Of a stretch of 62,748 nt of DNA, positions 47,612-53,752 are shown piece after piece. Position numbers and translations under genes: made by a program. The stretch spans positions 1 through 62,748 of the forward strand of contig JAQUUP010000010.1 in assembly GCA_028693815.1 (NCBI GenBank), written 5' to 3'. Numbering within the stretch: the first letter of the stretch is position 1; the number at the start of each line of letters is the position of its first letter. The stretch comes from Candidatus Omnitrophota bacterium. GTDB taxonomy: Bacteria > Omnitrophota > Gorgyraeia > Zapsychrales > Aceulaceae. The notes under the pieces are model-generated. The model saw nothing but the letters and a program-made list of their open reading frames with translations, was not told where the DNA came from and made no database searches.

Positions 47612-47723
47612 ATTAAAGTACAGACACAGCTGCTGGGCCGCAGCTGCATCTGTATAAATTCGTGCGGCTGACTTGACGCTTCTTCTAGTCGCGTAAGTCA
47701 GGCACTCATTTAAAGGAAAAAAT

Positions 47724-48920
47724 ATGAAAGTTCCATTTGGCACGATTACAATTAACAAACAAGCAAAAGATCTTGTTAATGAGGCCCTAAACTCTGGTCG
47801 CGTTTCGTCGGGCAAATACGTTTCTGAATTCGAGCAAGGCTTTGCCAGCCTTGTTAATGCAAAAGAGGCGATTGCTGTCAGTAGTGGCACGGATGCTGAT
47901 ATTTTAGCTTTGGCAACGGCTTATGATTTTGGAGCGCAAAGGGAAGATGAAGTTATTGTTCCTGCGCTTTCTTTTGTAGCGACGGGCAATGCTGTTTTGC
48001 ATGCAGGATTCAAGCCTGTTTTTGTTGATATTGATTACAAGACGCTTAATATTGATCCGCAAAAAATAGAAGCTGTTATTACAAAAAAAACAAAAGCCAT
48101 TATGCCGGTTCATCTGATGGGTAAGCCTGCCCAGATGGATGTTATTATGGATATTGCTAAAAAGCATAATTTGTTTGTTGTTGAGGATGCGGCTGAAGCC
48201 CATGGTGCTGTTTATAAGGGTAAAAAAGTAGGCGAATGGGGTGACATGGCGGCCTATAGTCTTTATTTAGCGCATATCATTACAACGGTTGAGGGTGGAA
48301 TTGTGACAACCAACAGAGAAGATTTGGCAGAGATTTTGCGGTCTCTTCGATGTCATGGGCGTGCGTGTAAATGTAAGACATGTGTAGTTAATACAATTAA
48401 TGGTTATTGTGAAAAACGTTTTGCGGACGGCAAAGATATTCGATTTATTTTTGAGCGCGTTGGCTATTCATCAAAAATGAACGAGCTAGAGGCTGCTGTG
48501 GGTATCGCAAGCCTTGAGATGTATGACGATATTATTGAAAAAAGACATCATAATTTGATCACCATGATTAATCGGCTAAAAGAATTCGGTGATTTTTTAG
48601 ATACCATTGAAGAGGAAAAAGATGAAAAAATCGGTCCTCATGCCTTCCCAATCATTGTTAAAAAAGACGCGCCTTTTACTCGCAATGAATTAGTTGATTA
48701 TTTAGATAAAAATGGCATTGATACGCGTGATCTTTTTTCTTCAATGCCGACGCAGTGCGCGGGTTTTAAATATCTAGGACATAGATTAGGCGAATTTCCA
48801 GTTTCTGAGTTTATGGGAACTAATGGTCTTCATATTGGTGTTCATCAAGATATTGGTGCACAACAGATTGATTATGTTTTTGAAACGGTCGGAGATTTTA
48901 TTAAAAGCAAGATTCGCTAA
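47724..48920 (+). CDS. PMP-dependent sugar 3-dehydratase of the RfbH/E1/SpnQ/ColD branch of the DegT family
   Basis: DegT fold (VSSGTDADILAL, EDAAEAHGA), but the catalytic Lys position is His184 (YLAHIITTVEGG). This is followed by the Cys cluster LRCHGRACKCKTCVVNTINGYCEKRF. Confidence 0.75.
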   Translation: MKVPFGTITINKQAKDLVNEALNSGRVSSGKYVSEFEQGFASLVNAKEAIAVSSGTDADILALATAYDFGAQREDEVIVPALSFVATGNAVLHAGFKPVFVDIDYKTLNIDPQKIEAVITKKTKAIMPVHLMGKPAQMDVIMDIAKKHNLFVVEDAAEAHGAVYKGKKVGEWGDMAAYSLYLAHIITTVEGGIVTTNREDLAEILRSLRCHGRACKCKTCVVNTINGYCEKRFADGKDIRFIFERVGYSSKMNELEAAVGIASLEMYDDIIEKRHHNLITMINRLKEFGDFLDTIEEEKDEKIGPHAFPIIVKKDAPFTRNELVDYLDKNGIDTRDLFSSMPTQCAGFKYLGHRLGEFPVSEFMGTNGLHIGVHQDIGAQQIDYVFETVGDFIKSKIR

Positions 48921-48944
48921 GAGCGTGAAGTAGAAACATAGTGA
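48832..48944. repeat. Copy A of a ~113-nt direct repeat (3' end of the dehydratase CDS plus ~25 nt)
   Basis: It aligns with 52709-52821. The first 26 nt are identical (atattggtgttcatcaagatattggt); overall identity is about 80% by hand count. Confidence 0.75.
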
Positions 48945-48948
48945 ATGT

Positions 48949-48977
48949 TTGATTATTTTAACTTTGTGTGCTATATT
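48949..48977 (+). promoter_or_regulatory. Promoter of AbiE module 1
   Basis: TTGATT (48949-48954), 17-nt spacer ending TGc, TATATT (48972-48977). Confidence 0.5.
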
Positions 48978-48978
48978 A

Positions 48979-49013
48979 TGTATGAAACTGTCATTTAATG
49001 ACAGTTTCATACA
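48979..49013. promoter_or_regulatory. 35-bp perfect palindrome, likely AbiEi operator
   Basis: tgtatgaaactgtcatt-t-aatgacagtttcataca. It starts 1 nt after the -10 box and ends at the AGGAG RBS of the antitoxin gene. Confidence 0.6.
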
Positions 49014-49022
49014 GGAGATAAC

Positions 49023-49667
49023 ATGAACAAAATTGTTGATTTGATCATTCAGAATATCCCTTATGATGTGTTTTCTTATTCGGTATTAATAAATATTATT
49101 GCCGGATCTAGGGATAGGCGCCATGCGATGATAAAAAGAGCCATCGCTTCAAAAGAAATTATTCATTTGCGTAGAGGCTTGTATTGCCTTGCGCAAAAAT
49201 ATCGTCGTAATGCGCTAGATCTTTTTGAAGTTGCTCAGAAAATTTATGGTCCATCATATATCAGCCTGGAATCTGCTTTGGCGTATCATGGATGGATCCC
49301 GGAAGCGGTTCATACGGTTACAAGTGCTTGTGTTCGTCGATCTAAAGATTTCAAGACATCTGTTGGGAATTTTTCTTATTGTAGAGTTCCGTTAAAGATT
49401 TTCTACGAAGGTGTTGAGACAGCGGGGTCTGCACGGCAAGGGATTTTTTTTATCGCAAGGCCGCTTAAGGCTTTGGCGGATTATGTTTATGTTCACAAGA
49501 AAGAATGGGAGGGCTTAAGTCCTCTTGTAAGCAGCTTAAGAATAGATCTTGAGAATTTTCGAAGTGTGCGTAAAAAAGAGTTTCTTGAGCTTAAAAAAAC
49601 ATATCCTTCAAAGCGCGTCTGTTGTTTTATCAGATCTATAGAAAAGGAACTGCGCGATGAGCATTAA
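49023..49667 (+). CDS. abiEi: Type IV TA system AbiEi-family antitoxin/transcriptional regulator
   Basis: 214 aa, IIHLRRGLYCL motif, LESALAYHGWIPE. It overlaps the downstream AbiEii gene by 11 nt. Confidence 0.85.
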   Translation: MNKIVDLIIQNIPYDVFSYSVLINIIAGSRDRRHAMIKRAIASKEIIHLRRGLYCLAQKYRRNALDLFEVAQKIYGPSYISLESALAYHGWIPEAVHTVTSACVRRSKDFKTSVGNFSYCRVPLKIFYEGVETAGSARQGIFFIARPLKALADYVYVHKKEWEGLSPLVSSLRIDLENFRSVRKKEFLELKKTYPSKRVCCFIRSIEKELRDEH

Positions 49668-50511
49668 GATTATCCAGAAACGATTAGAGTCTTATCGGTG
49701 CCGTTCGGCTCAGGAAGAGGACCATGCCTTGCGCGAGATCACTCAGGAGGTGGCGCTTGCGGCTCTTGCGCGGTCAGATTTCTACCAAACTGCGTCCTTT
49801 CAAGGAGGAACATGTTTGCGGATCTTTTATGGGTTAAACCGCTTTTCTGAGGATCTTGATTTTATTTTAAAAGAGACTAATGGTGCATTTTCTTTTGAAA
49901 AATATCTTAAGAATTTATCGATTGAATTTCAAGCCTATGGATATCAGGTTGAGATTGTCGATAGATCTAAGGCTGAGACAACGGTTAAAAAAGCGTTTAT
50001 TAAAGATGATTCCTTAGGAAAAGTTTTACAGCTACAGCATTTAAAAACTGATCGATCAATGTCGAAGATCAGGATCAAGATTGAGGTCGACACAAATCCA
50101 CCTCAAGGAAGCTTTTTTGAAAATAAATTTTTAGATTTTCCGTTTGTTTGTGCTTTGACAACCCAAGATATTCCAAGCCTTTTTGCTGGAAAGATCCATG
50201 CTTTGCTTTGCCGTGAGTATGTGAAAGGAAGGGATTGGTATGATTTTCTATGGTATGTGAGTTATCGCGCCACTATTAATTTAAAGTTCTTGGAAGCTGC
50301 TCTTGAACAAATCGGTCCTTGGGCTGGGCAGAACGTAAAAATTGATGATCAATGGTGTTGCGCTCAGCTAAGTGAAAAGATTTTATCGATTGATTGGCAA
50401 GCGGCACGTAATGATGTTGCTCGTTTCATTAAGCCTGCTGAACTGGCATCACTTGATTTGTGGAATGTGGACCTTTTTTTGGATAGGGTCAAGAAACTAG
50501 GAGATGTTTAA
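49657..50511 (+). CDS. abiEii: AbiEii/AbiGii-family nucleotidyltransferase toxin
   Basis: FQGGTCLRIFYGLNRFSEDLDF (pol-beta NTase GG...DxD motif), KIHALLCREYVKGRDWYD. Confidence 0.9.
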   Translation: MSIKIIQKRLESYRCRSAQEEDHALREITQEVALAALARSDFYQTASFQGGTCLRIFYGLNRFSEDLDFILKETNGAFSFEKYLKNLSIEFQAYGYQVEIVDRSKAETTVKKAFIKDDSLGKVLQLQHLKTDRSMSKIRIKIEVDTNPPQGSFFENKFLDFPFVCALTTQDIPSLFAGKIHALLCREYVKGRDWYDFLWYVSYRATINLKFLEAALEQIGPWAGQNVKIDDQWCCAQLSEKILSIDWQAARNDVARFIKPAELASLDLWNVDLFLDRVKKLGDV

Positions 50512-50544
50512 TTTCTTTGTGATTATGTTAACCCAAAAGATCTA

Positions 50545-50554
50545 CCCCCCCCCC
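50545..50554. repeat. C10 homopolymer tract
   Basis: tcta-cccccccccc-tgagg. It stands out in an AT-rich genome, 34 nt after the abiEii stop. Confidence 0.95.
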
Positions 50555-50703
50555 TGAGGTGGTCCGTTTGGCGTTCGTTTCGAAGAGTGAGTAAAACGGA
50601 GAGAGGTTGTTGTCTCGTTTTAGGATTTTGAATTTAGCTTTTTTCTTAAGAGCCTTATTCTAACTTAAAATCTTTAATCTGTTAGTGGGGAGCAGAATAA
50701 CAG

Positions 50704-50727
50704 ACCTTTATTTTAAGAATTAAAAAC
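50704..50727. repeat. Left copy of a ~25-nt imperfect direct repeat flanking AbiE module 2
   Basis: acctttattttaagaattaaaaac versus acctttatcttagaaattaaaaaac at 52677-52701. Confidence 0.5.
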
Positions 50728-50728
50728 T

Positions 50729-50771
50729 GGACATTTCTGCTTTTGGTAACGATAGGACATTCTTGCTTTGG
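50729..50771. promoter_or_regulatory. Two 17-18-nt direct repeats upstream of the module 2 promoter (possible AbiEi-2 binding sites)
   Basis: ggacatttctgcttttgg (50729-50746) and ggacattcttgctttgg (50755-50771). Confidence 0.35.
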
Positions 50772-50794
50772 CTTGACAGTGAAAAATAATATTA

Positions 50795-50822
50795 TTGACA
50801 ATATAAGAAATGATGGTATTTT
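50795..50822 (+). promoter_or_regulatory. Putative promoter of AbiE module 2
   Basis: TTGACA (50795-50800), 16-nt spacer ending TGg, TATTTT (50817-50822). A second TTGACA lies at 50773-50778. Confidence 0.4.
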
Positions 50823-50864
50823 AACACTATATAGAAGTTAACTCAAATTCCTTTAGAGGGCATT

Positions 50865-51662
50865 ATGGGTAATAAAGTTAGAGAGCGTCTGGGTAAGAAA
50901 GAAATTGATGTGATATCAAGGCTTTCCTATGAAAAGAAGCGGATCGTCACAAAAGAAGATTTAGATACCTTTTTTAATTTTAGTGATAATGCGCGAAATA
51001 AAGTTGTTTATCGATTGAAGAAGAAAGCTATTCTTTTTCCAATTAAGAAGGGAGTATATGTTTTTTCTCCTCTTGAGTACGGTGAACAAGGCGCTGCAAT
51101 TAATGAGATGCTTGTCCCGCCACAATTTTTCCCACAGGGCAATTATTATATTGGCTATTCAACGATGTTTAATTACTACAATCTCACAGAGCAACTTTTT
51201 CAGGTCATTTATGTTTTAAATACATCCTTCCAGAAGAAAAGGAAGATTTGCGGGATTCAATTTAACTTTTTACGAGTACCGGATAATCGTATGTATGGAC
51301 TTGAGAAAATAAAGATTGAAGGACAGGAAGTTGTAATTAGCTCATTAGAGAAGACGTTGGTAGATCTTGTCTATTTTAATAAGCCGGTTGGAGGACTGAA
51401 AGGTGCGCTTGAAATCCTTGATATTGAACTTCAAAAAGAACGCTGCGATGTAAAAAAGTTTATTCGTTTTGCGTCAAGATTTCCTGTTATAAAGATTCGT
51501 AAAATAATAGGCGTGGCGTTAGAGGAAAAGGGCTATTCTGATGAAATATTAGCTCCTCTTGTTAGAAGTCTTAAAAATACTGCGATAAGTTCATCGACAG
51601 GATCATTTAAGGGGAAATTAAATAAAAAATGGAAAGTTATCATTAATGATCCACAAGAATAA
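50865..51662 (+). CDS. abiEi: AbiEi-family antitoxin (second, divergent module)
   Basis: 265 aa, winged-helix-like N-terminus, ILFPIKKGVYVFSP motif, LEKTLVDLVYF. It overlaps the downstream toxin gene by 17 nt. Confidence 0.8.
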   Translation: MGNKVRERLGKKEIDVISRLSYEKKRIVTKEDLDTFFNFSDNARNKVVYRLKKKAILFPIKKGVYVFSPLEYGEQGAAINEMLVPPQFFPQGNYYIGYSTMFNYYNLTEQLFQVIYVLNTSFQKKRKICGIQFNFLRVPDNRMYGLEKIKIEGQEVVISSLEKTLVDLVYFNKPVGGLKGALEILDIELQKERCDVKKFIRFASRFPVIKIRKIIGVALEEKGYSDEILAPLVRSLKNTAISSSTGSFKGKLNKKWKVIINDPQE

Positions 51663-52527
51663 AAAAGAATTTATTGATTTAATTAATATGACTGTTCAAA
51701 GAACAGGATTTAGAGCACATCTTTTGGAAAAGGATTATTATTTGACACATCTTCTTTCCAAGATTAATGATCTCTCAGAGGATTTGATCTTTAAAGGAGG
51801 GACTTGTCTCAACAAGATTTATTATTCTTACTATCGTTTAAGCGAAGATTTGGATTTTAGTATGAAGTTGTCCGAGGATGCAACAGCTCGAGGGAAGCGG
51901 CAAAAATGTATACAGCCGATCAAAGATGGAATTGAAGCCTATGCTAATCAGATTGGAATGACTTTGGGCGATACACAAAATGCAGGGCGAAATGAATCGA
52001 AGCAATATGTTTATTATTTTATGTACAAATCCGTTGTTCAGCCAAAAGAACAAGTCATTAAATTTGAGATTGGTCTTAGATTTAATCCGATTCTTGATGT
52101 TGAAGCAAGAGAAGTGAAGCATAAATTTTTACATCCGTTTACAGGCAAACCATTATTTGATGGAGGCAAGGTCAATTGTTTGTCTTTGAAAGAAATTGTT
52201 AGTGAAAAATTAAGAGCCGCTGCCAATCGAAAGACGATTGCTCCTCGGGATTTCTATGATCTGGATTTTATAGTAAGACAAGGTTTTAATTTGTCTGATA
52301 AGCAAGTTTTGAATCTTTTTGTTAAGAAGCTAGAAGAAGACGGTGGCGATACGGATTTAGCAAAATACAGGATCAATCTCGGTCGTTCAGATAAAGAAAT
52401 TAAAGACATGAAATCGAGGATTGAAAATGAGTTGTTTGATGTTTTGACCGTTAGCGAGAGGGAGAATTTTGATTTGGATAACGCGTTTAAGAGGATCAAT
52501 AAGGTGATGAGGGAAATCAGGATCTGA
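51646..52527 (+). CDS. abiEii: AbiEii/AbiGii-family nucleotidyltransferase toxin (second module)
   Basis: FKGGTCLNKIYYSYYRLSEDLDF, KLRAAANRKTIAPRDFYD. Confidence 0.9.
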   Translation: MIHKNKKEFIDLINMTVQRTGFRAHLLEKDYYLTHLLSKINDLSEDLIFKGGTCLNKIYYSYYRLSEDLDFSMKLSEDATARGKRQKCIQPIKDGIEAYANQIGMTLGDTQNAGRNESKQYVYYFMYKSVVQPKEQVIKFEIGLRFNPILDVEAREVKHKFLHPFTGKPLFDGGKVNCLSLKEIVSEKLRAAANRKTIAPRDFYDLDFIVRQGFNLSDKQVLNLFVKKLEEDGGDTDLAKYRINLGRSDKEIKDMKSRIENELFDVLTVSERENFDLDNAFKRINKVMREIRI

Positions 52528-52676
52528 TATGCCTAAAATTAAGGATCTGTCGAAATACAAAGTCTTAGAAAGTCATTGCCAAGAAGGTGAAGATGAGAAA
52601 ACGGTACATTTCTCCTGCAGATGCTTCTTGGTGTAGATTTAAAATAGATGCAAGGCCTGTAAAAAGGAAAGAATGA

Positions 52677-52701
52677 ACCTTTATCTTAGAAATTAAAAAA
52701 C
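52677..52701. repeat. Right copy of the ~25-nt direct repeat flanking AbiE module 2
   Basis: It matches 50704-50727 with 3 substitutions and one extra A. It lies 7 nt before the gene-fragment repeat. Confidence 0.5.
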
Positions 52702-52707
52702 GAAATT

Positions 52708-52797
52708 TATATTGGTGTTCATCAAGATATTGGTCTTGAGCAGATTGATTATGTTTTCGAAGTTATTAAGGATTTTATCAAAAATAAGATTCGTTAA
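52708..52797 (+). pseudogene. Orphan 3' fragment of an RfbH-like dehydratase gene (displaced C-terminal 29 codons)
   Basis: It reads YIGVHQDIGLEQIDYVFEVIKDFIKNKIR* versus HIGVHQDIGAQQIDYVFETVGDFIKSKIR* at the end of CDS 47724-48920. There is no homology or start codon upstream. Confidence 0.75.
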
Positions 52798-52878
52798 GAG
52801 CGTAAAGTAACAACATTCTGAGAACGACCTATTTCCAAGCGTATTGTCCTAAGTCATTACAGCACAACATTTTTAATC

Positions 52879-52951
52879 CGGATTTTGCAGAAGCAAAATC
52901 CGCCCGTAGGGTCGCAGCGTCGCAACTTGTTGCGACTTGCGGGGTTACCCT
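52879..52951 (+). terminator. Two GC-rich hairpins downstream of the orphan gene fragment (probable ancestral terminator region)
   Basis: cggattttgc-agaa-gcaaaatccg (52879-52902) and a long imperfect stem agggtcgcagcgtcgcaa-cttg-ttgcgacttgcggggttaccct (52908-52951). There is no clean T-run. Confidence 0.35.
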
Positions 52952-53036
52952 CGCCATAAAGCGTTTTGCATTTGAATTCTTTAATTCCCTGTTTTAAGAC
53001 GAAAAAGATATTCAAATGTAAAATTCGGGTTAATCC

Positions 53037-53064
53037 TTGACAGAATATTAAAATCTTTTATAAT
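53037..53064 (+). promoter_or_regulatory. Consensus sigma70 promoter ahead of the regulator/leg cluster
   Basis: TTGACA (53037-53042), 16-nt spacer, TATAAT (53059-53064). Confidence 0.6.
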
Positions 53065-53085
53065 AATGTTCATTAATTGAACATT
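53065..53085. promoter_or_regulatory. Inverted repeat immediately after the -10 box (possible operator)
   Basis: aatgttca-ttaat-tgaacatt, 8-bp arms. Confidence 0.4.
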
Positions 53086-53123
53086 GATCTTGTTTTTAGA
53101 ATAAACCGCTGAAGGATTTTGAT

Positions 53124-53687
53124 ATGATTGATGAAAGAGAATTTGAACTTGTGAATATTATTGGCTCTGAAATTGTTTCCAATCAAAGAGATCTATCCCA
53201 CCACGTCAACCTTTCCTTAGGTCAGACAAACATGCTTTTGCGCAGGCTTATTGCTAAGGGCTATATTCGCATAAGAAAAATTGATAAGCGCAGAGTCAAA
53301 TACTTGCTTACTCCGCAAGGTCTTGCGGAAAAAATGAACAAATCCATCAAATATACCTTAAGGACGATTAATTCTATTAGCCTTATCAAAGAGCGTCTCA
53401 AAGATCTTCTGAGAGAAATTTATGAAAAAGGGGAGCGAAAATTTATTGTTATTGGAAAATCTGATTTAGCTATGATGATTGATATAGCTGTAAAGGAGAT
53501 GAATCTTAAAGATTATTCTTTGGAGCATTTTGAGGTCATTCCTCAAGAAAAAATGGACGGCTTATTTTTAATTTGTAAAGAAAATGTCATTATTGATAAA
53601 TCAATTACAAATCAGGTTGTTGATTGTATTCATGAATTGGCTAAAGAGCATGGTTTGCAAGAGGATGGCGAGAGCTCTGTTTTTTAG
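53124..53687 (+). CDS. Winged-helix (MarR-like) DNA-binding regulator with an extra C-terminal domain
   Basis: NQRDLSHHVNLSLGQTNMLLRRLIAKGYIRIRKIDKRRVKYLLTPQGL is an HTH plus wing. Confidence 0.7.
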   Translation: MIDEREFELVNIIGSEIVSNQRDLSHHVNLSLGQTNMLLRRLIAKGYIRIRKIDKRRVKYLLTPQGLAEKMNKSIKYTLRTINSISLIKERLKDLLREIYEKGERKFIVIGKSDLAMMIDIAVKEMNLKDYSLEHFEVIPQEKMDGLFLICKENVIIDKSITNQVVDCIHELAKEHGLQEDGESSVF

Positions 53688-53752
53688 CTCTTGTTTTTTT
53701 GATCAGTGCTAAATACTATTTTAACTATTAAGATTTTAGATTTTGAACAATC

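Larger units (their letters stand above)
48832..52821. mobile_element. Candidate integrated/inserted island (two AbiE modules) bounded by the duplicated gene 3' end; no integrase visible
   Basis: Direct repeats at both ends, toxin-antitoxin cargo, a C10 tract and an internal second pair of ~25-nt direct repeats. Confidence 0.5.

Noticed and set aside
47591-47890. 99-aa minus-strand ORF spanning the rfbD/dehydratase spacer.
   Set aside because: It overlaps the ends of two well-supported plus-strand genes and the GC-rich hairpin spacer. It has no RBS or motif and is most likely spurious.
52529-52636. 35-codon ORF (MPKIKDLSKYKVLESHCQEGEDEKTVHFSCRCFLV*) starting 1 nt after the second abiEii stop. 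It could be a third component of the module.
   Set aside because: It has no RBS and no recognisable motif, and it is below any length where I can support a call from sequence alone. It is worth a look only if ribosome profiling or conservation supports it.
48945-52708. Searched the island on both strands for an integrase, transposase or recombinase, or for terminal inverted repeats.
   Set aside because: All ORFs of 60 aa or more are accounted for by the four AbiE genes or their shadows, and no IS-like terminal inverted repeats were seen. I therefore do not call an IS or a prophage here.
52905-52955. GC-rich stem-loops examined as a possible tRNA or tRNA fragment, which would be the usual island integration target.
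   Set aside because: There is no cloverleaf, no GTTCRANYC T-loop and no CCA-proximal acceptor pairing. The integration-like duplication involves the protein-gene 3' end instead.
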